64,000 bases of DNA from Lepidodermella squamata (Eukaryota > Animalia > Gastrotricha), in assembly GCA_047495785.1 (NCBI GenBank), contig JBLDXI010000056.1:558001-622000 (forward strand), written 5' to 3'. Each line of letters begins with the position of its first letter. Within the stretch, counting starts at the first letter, position 1. Below are positions 38,301 through 53,200 of this stretch, piece after piece. The position numbers were made by a program, and so were the translations under genes. Under the pieces are notes generated by a model. The model was not told the DNA's origin. It saw nothing but the letters and a program-made list of their open reading frames with translations, and ran no database searches.

Positions 38301-41300
38301 CAGCATTCTTTGGCTGGCAGCGGAATACCGGTCAGCTGCAATGGCCGCGAAAAGCCTGCCAACGCGTTTGCGCTTGCTGCCGCTACCGAATGAAGCGCGA
38401 AAATGCCCGAATCGGCTGGTTTGGGCACGATGCCGATTCGTGGCGATGCGTACAAGGGTGAATACAGCGATTCCAGCCTTCTTTGGCTGGCAGCGGAATA
38501 CCGGTCAGCTGCAATGGCCGCGAATAGCCTGCCAACGCGTTTGCGCTTGCTGCCGCTACCGAATGAAGCGCGAATATGCCCGATTCGGCTGGTTTGGGCA
38601 CGATGCCGATTCGTTGCGATGCGTAAAAGGGTGAATACAGCGATTCCAGCATTCTTTGGCTGGCAGCGGAATACCGGTCAGCTGCAATGGCCGCGAATAG
38701 CCTGCCAACGCGTTTGCGCTTGCTGCCGCTACCGAATGAAGCGCGAATATGCCCGATTCGGCTGGTTTGGGCACGATGCCGATTCGTTGCGATGCGTAAA
38801 AGGGTGAATACAGCGATTCCAGCATTCTTTGGCTGGCAGCGGAATACCGGTCAGCTGCAATGGCCGCGAATAGCCTGCCAACGCGTTTGCGCTTGCTGCC
38901 GCTACCGAATGAAGCGCGAAAATGCCCGAATCGGCTGGTTTGGGCACGATGCCGATTCGTGGCGATGCGTACAAGGGTGGATACAGCGATTCCAACCTTC
39001 TTTGGCTGGCAGCGGAATACCGGTCAGCTGCAATGGCCGCGAATAGCCTGCCAACGCGTTTGCGCTTGCTGCCACTAAAAAATGAAGCGGGAATAATCCC
39101 GAATCGGCTGGTTTGGGCATGATGCCGATTCGTGGCGATGCGTACAAGGGTGAATACAGCGATTCCAGCCTTCTTTGGCTGGCAGCGGAATACCGGTCAG
39201 CTGCAATGGCCGCGAATAGCCTGCCAACGCGTTTGCGCTTGCTGCCGCTACCGAATGAAGCGCGAAAATGCCCGAATCGGCTGGTTTGGGCACGATGCCG
39301 ATTCGTTGCGATGCGTAAAAGGGTGAATACAGCGATTCCAGCATTCTTTGGCTGGCAGCGGAATACCGGTCAGCTGCAATGGCCGCGAATAGCCTGCCAA
39401 CGCGTTTGCGCTTGCTGCCGCTACCGAATGAAGCGCGAATATGCCCGATTCGGCTGGTTTGGGCATGATGGCGATTCGTGGCGATGCGTACAAGGGTGAA
39501 TACAGCGATTCCAGCCTTCTTTGGCTGGCAGCGGAATACCGGTCAGCTGCAATGGCCGCGAATAGCCTGCCAACGCGTTTGCGCTTGCTAACACTACCGA
39601 ATGAAGCGCGAATATGCCCGATTCGGCTGGTTTGGGCACGATGCCGATTCGTAGCGATGCGTACAAGGGTGAATACAGCGATTCCAGCATTCTTTGGCTG
39701 GCAGCGGAATACCGGTCAGCTGCAATGGCCGCGAAAAGCCTGCCAACGCGTTTGCGCTTGCTGCCGCTACCGAATGAAGCGCGAAAATGCCCGAATCGGC
39801 TGGTTTGGGCACGATGCCGATTCGTGGCGATGCGTACAAGGGTGGATACAGCGATTCCAGCATTCTTTGGCTGGCAGCGGAATACCGGTCAGCTGCAATG
39901 GCCGCGAATAGCCTGCCAACGCGTTTGCGCTTGCTGCCGCTACCGAATGAAGCGCGAATATGCCCGATTCGGCTGGTTTGGGCATGATGGCGATTCGTGG
40001 CGATGCGTACAAGGGTGAATACAGCGATTCCAACCTTCTTTGGCTGGCAGCGGAATACCGGTCAGCTGCAATGGCCGCGAATAGCCTGCCAACGCGTTTG
40101 CGCTTGCTGCCACTACCGAATGAAGCGCGAATATGCCCGATTCGGCTGGTTTGGGCACGATGCCGATTCGTTGCGATGCGTAAAAGGGTGAATACAGCGA
40201 TTCCAGCATTCTTTGGCTGGCAGCGGAATACCGGTCAGCTGCAATGGCCGCGAATAGCCTGCCAACGCGTTTGCGCTTGCTGCCGCTACCGAATGAAGCG
40301 CGAAAATGCCCGAATCGGCTGGTTTGGGCACGATGCCGATTCGTTGCGATGCGTAAAAGGGTGAATACAGCGATTCCAGCATTCTTTGGCTGGCAGCGGA
40401 ATACCGGTCAGCTGCAATGGCCGCGAATAGCCTGCCAACGCGTTTGCGCTTGCTGCCGCTACCGAATGAAGCGCGAAAATGCCCGAATCGGCTGGTTTGG
40501 GCACGATGCCGATTCGTGGCGATGCGTACAAGGGTGAATACAGCGATTCCAACCTTCTTTGGCTGGCAGCGGAATACCGGTCAGCTGCAATGGCCGCGAA
40601 TAGCCTGCCAACGCGTTTGCGCTTGCTGCCACTACCGAATGAAGCGCGAATAAGCCCGATTCGGCTGGTTTGGGCACGATGCCGATTCGTAGCGATGCGT
40701 ACAAGGGTGAATACAGCGATTCCAACCTTCTTTGGCTGGCAGCGGAATACCGGTCAGCTGCAATGGCCGCGAATAGCCTGCCAACGCGTTTGCGCTTGCT
40801 AACACTACCGAATGAAGCGCGAATATGCCCGATTCGGCTGGTTTGGGCACGATGCCGATTCGTAGCGATGCGTACAAGGGTGAATACAGCGATTCCAGCA
40901 TTCTTTGGCTGGCAGCGGAATACCGGTCAGCTGCAATGGCCGCGAAAAGCCTGCCAACGCGTTTGCGCTTGCTGCCGCTACCGAATGAAGCGCGAAAATG
41001 CCCGAATCGGCTGGTTTGGGCACGATGCCGATTCGTGGCGATGCGTACAAGGGTGGATACAGCGATTCCAGCATTCTTTGGCTGGCAGCGGAATACCGGT
41101 CAGCTGCAATGGCCGCGAATAGCCTGCCAACGCGTTTGCGCTTGCTGCCGCTACCGAATGAAGCGCGAATATGCCCGATTCGGCTGGTTTGGGCATGATG
41201 GCGATTCGTGGCGATGCGTACAAGGGTGAATACAGCGATTCCAACCTTCTTTGGCTGGCAGCGGAATACCGGTCAGCTGCAATGGCCGCGAATAGCCTGC

Positions 41301-44300
41301 CAACGCGTTTGCGCTTGCTGCCACTACCGAATGAAGCGCGAATATGCCCGATTCGGCTGGTTTGGGCACGATGCCGATTCGTTGCGATGCGTAAAAGGGT
41401 GAATACAGCGATTCCAGCATTCTTTGGCTGGCAGCGGAATACCGGTCAGCTGCAATGGCCGCGAATAGCCTGCCAACGCGTTTGCGCTTGCTGCCGCTAC
41501 CGAATGAAGCGCGAAAATGCCCGAATCGGCTGGTTTGGGCACGATGCCGATTCGTGGCGATGCGTACAAGGGTGAATACAGCGATTCCAACCTTCTTTGG
41601 CTGGCAGCGGAATACCGGTCAGCTGCAATGGCCGCGAATAGCCTGCCAACGCGTTTGCGCTTGCTAACACTACCGAATGAAGCGCGAATATGCCCGATTC
41701 GGCTGGTTTGGGCACGATGCCGATTCGTTGCGATGCGTAAAAGGGTGAATACAGCGATTCCAACCTTCTTTGGCTGGCAGCGGAATACCGGTCAGCTGCA
41801 ATGGCCGCGAATAGCCTGCCAACGCGTTTGCGCTTGCTGCCACTACCGAATGAAGCGCGAATATGCCCGATTCGGCTGGTTTGGGCACGATGCCGATTCG
41901 TTGCGATGCGTAAAAGGGTGAATACAGCGATTCCAGCATTCTTTGGCTGGCAGCGGAATACCGGTCAGCTGCAATGGCCGCGAATAGCCTGCCAACGCGT
42001 TTGCGCTTGCTGCCGCTACCGAATGAAGCGCGAAAATGCCCGAATCGGCTGGTTTGGGCACGATGCCGATTCGTTGCGATGCGTAAAAGGGTGAATACAG
42101 CGATTCCAGCATTCTTTGGCTGGCAGCGGAATACCGGTCAGCTGCAATGGCCGCGAATAGCCTGCCAACGCGTTTGCGCTTGCTGCCGCTACCGAATGAA
42201 GCGCGAAAATGCCCGAATCGGCTGGTTTGGGCACGATGCCGATTCGTGGCGATGCGTACAAGGGTGAATACAGCGATTCCAACCTTCTTTGGCTGGCAGC
42301 GGAATACCGGTCAGCTGCAATGGCCGCGAATAGCCTGCCAACGCGTTTGCGCTTGCTGCCACTACCGAATGAAGCGCGAATAAGCCCGATTCGGCTGGTT
42401 TGGGCACGATGCCGATTCGTAGCGATGCGTACAAGGGTGAATACAGCGATTCCAACCTTCTTTGGCTGGCAGCGGAATACCGGTCAGCTGCAATGGCCGC
42501 GAATAGCCTGCCAACGCGTTTGCGCTTGCTGCCACTACCGAATGAAGCGCGAATATGCCCGATTCGGCTGGTTTGGGCACGATGCCGATTCGTTGCGATG
42601 CGTAAAAGGGTGAATACAGCGATTCCAGCATTCTTTGGCTGGCAGCGGAATACCGGTCAGCTGCAATGGCCGCGAATAGCCTGCCAACGCGTTTGCGCTT
42701 GCTGCCGCTACCGAATGAAGCGCGAAAATGCCCGAATCGGCTGGTTTGGGCACGATGCCGATTCGTGGCGATGCGTACAAGGGTGGATACAGCGATTCCA
42801 GCATTCTTTGGCTGGCAGCGGAATACCGGTCAGCTGCAATGGCCGCGAATAGCCTGCCAACGCGTTTGCGCTTGCTGCCGCTACCGAATGAAGCGCGAAT
42901 ATGCCCGATTCGGCTGGTTTGGGCATGATGGCGATTCGTGGCGATGCGTACAAGGGTGAATACAGCGATTCCAACCTTCTTTGGCTGGCAGCGGAATACC
43001 GGTCAGCTGCAATGGCCGCGAATAGCCTGCCAACGCGTTTGCGCTTGCTGCCGCTACCGAATGAAGCGCGAAAATGCCCGAATCGGCTGGTTTGGGCACG
43101 ATGCCGATTCGTGGCGATGCGTACAAGGGTGGATACAGCGATTCCAGCATTCTTTGGCTGGCAGCGGAATACCGGTCAGCTGCAATGGCCGCGAATAGCC
43201 TGCCAACGCGTTTGCGCTTGCTGCCGCTACCGAATGAAGCGCGAAAATGCCCGAATCGGCTGGTTTGGGCACGATGCCGATTCGTGGCGATGCGTACAAG
43301 GGTGAATACAGCGATTCCAACCTTCTTTGGCTGGCAGCGGAATACCGGTCAGCTGCAATGGCCGCGAATAGCCTGCCAACGCGTTTGCGCTTGCTGCCGC
43401 TACCGAATGAAGCGCGAAAATGCCCGAATCGGCTGGTTTGGGCACGATGCCGATTCGTGGCGATGCGTACAAGGGTGAATACAGCGATTCCAACCTTCTT
43501 TGGCTGGCAGCGGAATACCGGTCAGCTGCAATGGCCGCGAATAGCCTGCCAACGCGTTTGCGCTTGCTGCCACTACCGAATGAAGCGCGAATATGCCCGA
43601 TTCGGCTGGTTTGGGCACGATGCCGATTCGTTGCGATGCGTAAAAGGGTGAATACAGCGATTCCAGCATTCTTTGGCTGGCAGCGGAATACCGGTCAGCT
43701 GCAATGGCCGCGAATAGCCTGCCAACGCGTTTGCGCTTGCTGCCGCTACCGAATGAAGCGCGAAAATGCCCGAATCGGCTGGTTTGGGCACGATGCCGAT
43801 TCGTGGCGATGCGTACAAGGGTGGATACAGCGATTCCAGCATTCTTTGGCTGGCAGCGGAATACCGGTCAGCTGCAATGGCCGCGAATAGCCTGCCAACG
43901 CGTTTGCGCTTGCTGCCGCTACCGAATGAAGCGCGAATATGCCCGATTCGGCTGGTTTGGGCATGATGGCGATTCGTGGCGATGCGTACAAGGGTGAATA
44001 CAGCGATTCCAACCTTCTTTGGCTGGCAGCGGAATACCGGTCAGCTGCAATGGCCGCGAATAGCCTGCCAACGCGTTTGCGCTTGCTGCCGCTACCGAAT
44101 GAAGCGCGAAAATGCCCGAATCGGCTGGTTTGGGCACGATGCCGATTCGTGGCGATGCGTACAAGGGTGGATACAGCGATTCCAGCATTCTTTGGCTGGC
44201 AGCGGAATACCGGTCAGCTGCAATGGCCGCGAATAGCCTGCCAACGCGTTTGCGCTTGCTGCCGCTACCGAATGAAGCGCGAATATGCCCGATTCGGCTG

Positions 44301-47300
44301 GTTTGGGCATGATGGCGATTCGTGGCGATGCGTACAAGGGTGAATACAGCGATTCCAACCTTCTTTGGCTGGCAGCGGAATACCGGTCAGCTGCAATGGC
44401 CGCGAATAGCCTGCCAACGCGTTTGCGCTTGCTGCCGCTACCGAATGAAGCGCGAAAATGCCCGAATCGGCTGGTTTGGGCACGATGCCGATTCGTGGCG
44501 ATGCGTACAAGGGTGGATACAGCGATTCCAGCATTCTTTGGCTGGCAGCGGAATACCGGTCAGCTGCAATGGCCGCGAATAGCCTGCCAACGCGTTTGCG
44601 CTTGCTGCCGCTACCGAATGAAGCGCGAAAATGCCCGAATCGGCTGGTTTGGGCACGATGCCGATTCGTGGCGATGCGTACAAGGGTGAATACAGCGATT
44701 CCAACCTTCTTTGGCTGGCAGCGGAATACCGGTCAGCTGCAATGGCCGCGAATAGCCTGCCAACGCGTTTGCGCTTGCTGCCGCTACCGAATGAAGCGCG
44801 AAAATGCCCGAATCGGCTGGTTTGGGCACGATGCCGATTCGTGGCGATGCGTACAAGGGTGGATACAGCGATTCCAGCATTCTTTGGCTGGCAGCGGAAT
44901 ACCGGTCAGCTGCAATGGCCGCGAATAGCCTGCCAACGCGTTTGCGCTTGCTGCCGCTACCGAATGAAGCGCGAAAATGCCCGAATCGGCTGGTTTGGGC
45001 ACGATGCCGATTCGTGGCGATGCGTACAAGGGTGAATACAGCGATTCCAACCTTCTTTGGCTGGCAGCGGAATACCGGTCAGCTGCAATGGCCGCGAATA
45101 GCCTGCCAACGCGTTTGCGCTTGCTGCCGCTACCGAATGAAGCGCGAAAATGCCCGAATCGGCTGGTTTGGGCACGATGCCGATTCGTGGCGATGCGTAC
45201 AAGGGTGGATACAGCGATTCCAGCCTTCTTTGGCTGGCAGCGGAATACCGGTCAGCTGCAATGGCCGCGAATAGCCTGCCAACGCGTTTGCGCTTGCTGC
45301 CGCTACCGAATGAAGCGCGAAAATGCCCGAATCGGCTGGTTTGGGCACGATGCCGATTCGTGGCGATGCGTACAAGGGTGGATACAGCGATTCCAGCATT
45401 CTTTGGCTGGCAGCGGAATACCGGTCAGCTGCAATGGCCGCGAATAGCCTGCCAACGCGTTTGCGCTTGCTGCCGCTACCGAATGAAGCGCGAATATGCC
45501 CGATTCGGCTGGTTTGGGCATGATGGCGATTCGTGGCGATGCGTACAAGGGTGAATACAGCGATTCCAACCTTCTTTGGCTGGCAGCGGAATACCGGTCA
45601 GCTGCAATGGCCGCGAATAGCCTGCCAACGCGTTTGCGCTTGCTGCCGCTACCGAATGAAGCGCGAAAATGCCCGAATCGGCTGGTTTGGGCACGATGCC
45701 GATTCGTGGCGATGCGTACAAGGGTGGATACAGCGATTCCAGCATTCTTTGGCTGGCAGCGGAATACCGGTCAGCTGCAATGGCCGCGAATAGCCTGCCA
45801 ACGCGTTTGCGCTTGCTGCCGCTACCGAATGAAGCGCGAATATGCCCGATTCGGCTGGTTTGGGCATGATGGCGATTCGTGGCGATGCGTACAAGGGTGA
45901 ATACAGCGATTCCAACCTTCTTTGGCTGGCAGCGGAATACCGGTCAGCTGCAATGGCCGCGAATAGCCTGCCAACGCGTTTGCGCTTGCTGCCGCTACCG
46001 AATGAAGCGCGAAAATGCCCGAATCGGCTGGTTTGGGCACGATGCCGATTCGTGGCGATGCGTACAAGGGTGGATACAGCGATTCCAGCATTCTTTGGCT
46101 GGCAGCGGAATACCGGTCAGCTGCAATGGCCGCGAATAGCCTGCCAACGCGTTTGCGCTTGCTGCCGCTACCGAATGAAGCGCGAAAATGCCCGAATCGG
46201 CTGGTTTGGGCACGATGCCGATTCGTGGCGATGCGTACAAGGGTGAATACAGCGATTCCAACCTTCTTTGGCTGGCAGCGGAATACCGGTCAGCTGCAAT
46301 GGCCGCGAATAGCCTGCCAACGCGTTTGCGCTTGCTGCCGCTACCGAATGAAGCGCGAAAATGCCCGAATCGGCTGGTTTGGGCACGATGCCGATTCGTG
46401 GCGATGCGTACAAGGGTGGATACAGCGATTCCAGCATTCTTTGGCTGGCAGCGGAATACCGGTCAGCTGCAATGGCCGCGAATAGCCTGCCAACGCGTTT
46501 GCGCTTGCTGCCGCTACCGAATGAAGCGCGAAAATGCCCGAATCGGCTGGTTTGGGCACGATGCCGATTCGTGGCGATGCGTACAAGGGTGAATACAGCG
46601 ATTCCAACCTTCTTTGGCTGGCAGCGGAATACCGGTCAGCTGCAATGGCCGCGAATAGCCTGCCAACGCGTTTGCGCTTGCTGCCGCTACCGAATGAAGC
46701 GCGAAAATGCCCGAATCGGCTGGTTTGGGCACGATGCCGATTCGTGGCGATGCGTACAAGGGTGGATACAGCGATTCCAGCCTTCTTTGGCTGGCAGCGG
46801 AATACCGGTCAGCTGCAATGGCCGCGAATAGCCTGCCAACGCGTTTGCGCTTGCTGCCGCTACCGAATGAAGCGCGAAAATGCCCGAATCGGCTGGTTTG
46901 GGCACGATGCCGATTCGTGGCGATGCGTACAAGGGTGGATACAGCGATTCCAGCATTCTTTGGCTGGCAGCGGAATACCGGTCAGCTGCAATGGCCGCGA
47001 ATAGCCTGCCAACGCGTTTGCGCTTGCTGCCGCTACCGAATGAAGCGCGAATATGCCCGATTCGGCTGGTTTGGGCATGATGGCGATTCGTGGCGATGCG
47101 TACAAGGGTGAATACAGCGATTCCAACCTTCTTTGGCTGGCAGCGGAATACCGGTCAGCTGCAATGGCCGCGAATAGCCTGCCAACGCGTTTGCGCTTGC
47201 TGCCGCTACCGAATGAAGCGCGAAAATGCCCGAATCGGCTGGTTTGGGCACGATGCCGATTCGTGGCGATGCGTACAAGGGTGGATACAGCGATTCCAGC

Positions 47301-50247
47301 ATTCTTTGGCTGGCAGCGGAATACCGGTCAGCTGCAATGGCCGCGAATAGCCTGCCAACGCGTTTGCGCTTGCTGCCGCTACCGAATGAAGCGCGAAAAT
47401 GCCCGAATCGGCTGGTTTGGGCACGATGCCGATTCGTGGCGATGCGTACAAGGGTGAATACAGCGATTCCAACCTTCTTTGGCTGGCAGCGGAATACCGG
47501 TCAGCTGCAATGGCCGCGAATAGCCTGCCAACGCGTTTGCGCTTGCTGCCACTACCGAATGAAGCGCGAATAAGCCCGATTCGGCTGGTTTGGGCACGAT
47601 GCCGATTCGTAGCGATGCGTACAAGGGTGAATACAGCGATTCCAGCCTTCTTTGACTGGCAGCGGAATACCGGTCAGCTGCAATGGCCGCGAATAGCCTG
47701 CCAACGCGTTTGCGCTTGCTGCCGCTACCGAATGAAGCGCGAAAATGCCCGAATCGGCTGGTTTGGGCACGATGCCGATTCGTGGCGATGCGTACAAGGG
47801 TGGATACAGCGATTCCAGCATTCTTTGGCTGGCAGCGGAATACCGGTCAGCTGCAATGGCCGCGAATAGCCTGCCAACGCGTTTGCGCTTGCTGCCGCTA
47901 CCGAATGAAGCGCGAATATGCCCGATTCGGCTGGTTTGGGCACGATGCCGATTCGTAGCGATGCGTACAAGGGTGAATACAGCGATTCCAGCATTCTTTG
48001 GCTGGCAGCGGAATACCGGTCAGCTGCAATGGCCGCGAATAGCCTGCCAACGCGTTTGCGCTTGCTGCCGCTACCGAATGAAGCGCGAAAATGCCCGAAT
48101 CGGCTGGTTTGGGCACGATGCCGATTCGTGGCGATGCGTACAAGGGTGGATACAGCGATTCCAGCATTCTTTGGCTGGCAGCGGAATACCGGTCAGCTGC
48201 AATGGCCGCGAATAGCCTGCCAACGCGTTTGCGCTTGCTGCCGCTACCGAATGAAGCGCGAATATGCCCGATTCGGCTGGTTTGGGCATGATGGCGATTC
48301 GTGGCGATGCGTACAAGGGTGAATACAGCGATTCCAACCTTCTTTGGCTGGCAGCGGAATACCGGTCAGCTGCAATGGCCGCGAATAGCCTGCCAACGCG
48401 TTTGCGCTTGCTGCCGCTACCGAATGAAGCGCGAAAATGCCCGAATCGGCTGGTTTGGGCACGATGCCGATTCGTTGCGATGCGTAAAAGGGTGAATACA
48501 GCGATTCCAGCATTCTTTGGCTGGCAGCGGAATACCGGTCAGCTGCAATGGCCGCGAATAGCCTGCCAACGCGTTTGCGCTTGCTGCCGCTACCGAATGA
48601 AGCGCGAAAATGCCCGAATCGGCTGGTTTGGGCACGATGCCGATTCGTGGCGATGCGTACAAGGGTGGATACAGCGATTCCAGCATTCTTTGGCTGGCAG
48701 CGGAATACCGGTCAGCTGCAATGGCCGCGAATAGCCTGCCAACGCGTTTGCGCTTGCTGCCGCTACCGAATGAAGCGCGAATATGCCCGATTCGGCTGGT
48801 TTGGGCATGATGGCGATTCGTAGCGATGCGTACAAGGGTGAATACAGCGATTCCAACCTTCTTTGGCTGGCAGCGGAATACCGGTCAGCTGCAATGGCCG
48901 CGAATAGCCTGCCAACGCGTTTGCGCTTGCTGCCGCTACCGAATGAAGCGCGAAAATGCCCGAATCGGCTGGTTTGGGCACGATGCCGATTCGTGGCGAT
49001 GCGTACAAGGGTGAATACAGCGATTCCAGCCTTCTTTAGCTGGCAACGGAATACCGGTCAGCTGCAATGGCCGCGAATAGCCTGCCAACGCGTTTGCGCT
49101 TGCTGCCACTACCGAATGAAGCGCGAATATGCCCGATTCGGCTGGTTTGGGCACGATGCCGATTCGTAGCGATGCGTACAAGGGTGAATACAGCGATTCC
49201 AGCCTTCTTTGGCTGGCAGCGGAATACCGGTCAGCTGCAATGGCCGCGAATAGCCTGCCAACGCGTTTGCGCTTGCTAACACTACCGAATGAAGCGCGAA
49301 TATGCCCGATTCGGCTGGTTTGGGCACGATGCCGATTCGTAGCGATGCGTACAAGGGTGAATACAGCGATTCCAGCATTCTTTGGCTGGCAGCGGAATAC
49401 CGGTCAGCTGCAATGGCCGCGAAAAGCCTGCCAACGCGTTTGCGCTTGCTGCCGCTACCGAATGAAGCGCGAAAATGCCCGAATCGGCTGGTTTGGGCAC
49501 GATGCCGATTCGTGGCGATGCGTACAAGGGTGAATACAGCGATTCCAGCCTTCTTTGGCTGGCAGCGGAATACCGGTCAGCTGCAATGGCCGCGAATAGC
49601 CTGCCAACGCGTTTGCGCTTGCTGCCGCTACCGAATGAAGCGCGAATATGCCCGATTCGGCTGGTTTGGGCATGATGCCGATTCGTGGCGATGCGTACAA
49701 GGGTGAATACAGCGATTCCAGCCTTCTTTGGCTGGCAGCGGAATACCGGTCAGCTGCAATGGCCGCGAATAGCCTGCCAACGCGTTTGCGCTTGCTGCCA
49801 CTACCGAATGAAGCGCGAATATGCCCGATTCGGCTGGTTTGGGCACGATGCCGATTCGTAGCGATGCGTACAAGGGTGAATACAGCGATTCCAGCATTCT
49901 TTGGCTGGCAGCGGAATACCGGTCAGCTGCAATGGCCGCGAATAGCCTGCCAACGCGTTTGCGCTTGCTGCCGCTACCGAATGAAGCGCGAAAATGCCCG
50001 AATCGGCTGGTTTGGGCACGATGCGGATTCGTGGCGATGCGTACAAGGGTGAATACAGCGATTCCAGCCTTCTTTGGCTGGCAGCGGAATACCGGTCAGC
50101 TGCAATGGCCGCGAATAGCCTGCCAACGCGTTTGCGCTTGCTGCCACTACCGAATGAAGCGCGAATATGCCCGATTCGGCTGGTTTGGGCACGATGCCGA
50201 TTCGTAGCGATGCGTACAAGGGTGAATACAGCGATTCCAGCATTCTT
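29343..50247. repeat. 173-bp tandem satellite, left block (~121 monomers)
   Basis: Monomer CAATGGCCGCGAATAGCCTGCC...GGAATACCGGTCAGCTG. Homologous ORF ends recur at exact multiples of 173 (29387 + 119x173 = 49974). Confidence 0.99.
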
Positions 50248-53200
50248 CCCGGACTAAAAAGTTTCATGTTGTAAACTCGTGTAAATGGGGTGAAAACACG
50301 TCCGTGTATTTTGCTGTAAAATGAGGGAGAAATGGTAACGAGTCCTATGAATTTACATGATCATTTTATTGATTCAGCTCACACGAATTTACATTTAGAC
50401 CATAATTGGCCGCCGTTCGCCCTGCGCTTCCACGGAATTACACGGAGTTGTGAGTCTGGTTGATTTCGCCGGAAACGTTGGAAAAACTTGTCTTGACTTG
50501 CTTCTCCCAGCTGAATCGTCAAACTTAAGTTTCCAACGACATTTCGCCGTTGTAAACTCATGTAAGAAGATTCAGCCGAGAAAAGCAAGTCAAGACAAGT
50601 TTTTCCAGCGTTTCCGGCGAAATCAACCAGACTCACAACTCCGTGTAAATCCGTGGAAGTGCAGAGAGATGGCTCAAAAATATAGAATTTTTCACACAGA
50701 ATCGCAAATTAGGCACAAAAACTCACACGAAAACATCGTGTAATTCCGTGTAAGCACATGCAGAGCAGCGCAGAAAAAACAATTTTCACACAAAATTCGC
50801 AAAAATGAGAAAAAAATCGAGAAAAATGGTGTGATAAGCAGAGAATTGGCAACATGAGAACAGCAAGAGAATATGGCATTTTTCGAAAGAAAACGACGAT
50901 ATTCACAGCAAAAGCATTTTTCATGAAAATTTCAAATTCAATGATAATTCGCAAAAAGCACAAAAAATCGTTTTTTTATTGTCTTTCTTCAGTGCATTTT
51001 TGCGCCTAACTGCGACTCATTTGGCGTTCCCAGTACAGCCAGAATTCAGCCTAAAATGAACAGCTTCAGTCCGCGGCTGCAACAGAATTCAGCTGAAAAT
51101 AACGAAAAATGTAGCTGTAGTAGAAACGTGAGATCGTAGTTTGATCACCTGAATTTCAAAATCAGCAGCAGCAGCAGCAATAACACTGGGTCATGTACTT
51201 AGTCGGCGACAGCGGCCGATCTTGCGCAAAATCCCTGAAAATTAACACCATTCCAAAATTCAAATGTCATTCCATTCAACTGAATGGAATGACAAAATCC
51301 GACCGTAGTTCCTTTTATATTTTAGATTAAATTTATAATTAAAATTGTTGGTCTTTTGAAGTAAAATGGCAAAATAACCTTAAGTTTTTCGAAGGCAGAA
51401 ATTCATTGCACATTTCTCCAGCTTGTCGTAGTTCTATTCAGGACCAAATTCTGGCCCAGCCTGATATAGGTGACTGCAACTCGAGCTGAGCATGAAAATG
51501 GCAATAAATATTTTTATCAAAAATTGTCTCACAAATTTCCAGAGATTATTTACCTTTTATCGCAGTATATTTTGAGTTCAACGACGCGATCATTCCATAA
51601 TGCAGTCTTTCGAGGACACAAAAATCGTCCAGAGTAAAAACGTGAATTAATAAAATAATTAAATACATTTAAGATGGATTGTGACTCACCACGTTTCAAG
51701 AAATGCGAGAGGCTCGGCGAAATTCGTGGCCATTGCCCACAAACTGTGATTCAGAAATTGAATTGAACGTAAATTATGCAAAAACAAAATAATTGTTTCA
51801 GATCTTTGCCCTCCTGAGATATTTTAGTTTTTATATGGTGAACATATTTTAATATTTTTCCTACCGGAACCAAATTTAAAAAGAGCGCAGCCAAAGTTAC
51901 AGTAGCGGAACGAAATTTTGAAATTTTTTGGTGGCCTAAAATCACTTTTCGGATATTTCTTACGGGTCAAGATTGGCCACAATAATTGGAAAAAAATCAC
52001 CAGGAATTCAACTTAATCTATCAGATAGAGTGTTCAATTCAGAACTCTTTCATCGTAGAATTATTCACTAATAGACTCTTGGCATATTTGAAATATAGCG
52101 CAGAAAGATTTTCCGGAAATTTACATTTTTTAATCTAAAAATTTGATCATGAAAAAAGCTGAACAAATCTCGAATTCTGCTGAGAAAGATGAGCAGTTAT
52201 CTGAACAAATTTGGTAAGCCATTATGTTAGCAGCTGAAACGCAAATTTTCTTTATATAAAAATCCCAATTCTAATCGGGAATTTTTTCAAATTCAAGAAA
52301 AGACATTTGAATAGAATTTTTCAAGTCACGTGATTGACATTTGAAATTAACGGCTATTTTTATAAATTATGCATGCATTTCTGCATATGAGTGGTGTGAA
52401 ACCATTAACCAGTTATGCCTTAACCTTCCCAAATTCACCTCGAACTATCGAATTCTAACAATATTATGTACCCTCAACCGTCAACATTTCAATTTTCATC
52501 AATTAAAAATCCCTGATTAAAAGATAAAATCATACCGCTGAAAAACTTGAAGAATTTTTAGTCTAAGAAGCTGGCGATGGCGATAACAAATTTCAAAAAC
52601 GAATCGCAAGGTTCAGAGTTTAGAGATAAAATACAGCTAATATCTTGTTTCAATACTAGCCCAGTCGCTAATAATCGCCTATCCCTAATAGTAGCCCAGG
52701 CTTGAGAGTTGAAGTCGGCTCGAAAACATTAGCGATTAACGATTAAGATTAATTTTCAATTTTTTTAAAACCTCAACGAAAGAATTTTAGTGTCCCGAAC
52801 TGCTATTGGAACAAATACGGTAATAAGCAAGTTGAGTTGAGTGTCAAAAACCACGAAGAATTGTGATAAGAATCCAATCAATTAGTAGCTAAAATTATCT
52901 ACGTTGCACTTACCTGTCGAAATCATAACTTACTCAGGTAGAAGTACAAATAGTTGGCTTCGATAGGCTGGAATACTCGCGGGGCCATTTCCGTAAAATC
53001 CGAAGTCCCGGAACTGACGAGAAGCGGCCAATCAATCATAAACGGGCAATATGGAGAATTATTTACTTTGCCTGCTTACCTTTGACCTCGCAAACGAAAC
53101 GAGGTATGTAGAACAGCCTGTTTTTTTAATCAAAAAGCGAGCGACATGAAATAAAAAGTTGACCTGATTTTAAACGACGGAAAAATAGTGAACAGCTGTG

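Noticed and set aside
29343-50247. CRISPR-like array
   Set aside because: No unique spacers; whole monomers are repeated; eukaryotic context with no cas genes
51722-51736. 14/15 match to the satellite (GCAATGGCCaCGAAT, minus strand) inside the transposon, as a possible targeting guide
   Set aside because: Rough expectation by chance is ~0.1 given 5.3 kb x 2 strands x 173 positions; not significant without conservation in other copies
52954-52990. LASIGWNTRG as an APE endonuclease start inside the 5.3-kb element
   Set aside because: No downstream ET, GDFN or SDH motifs; likely coincidence
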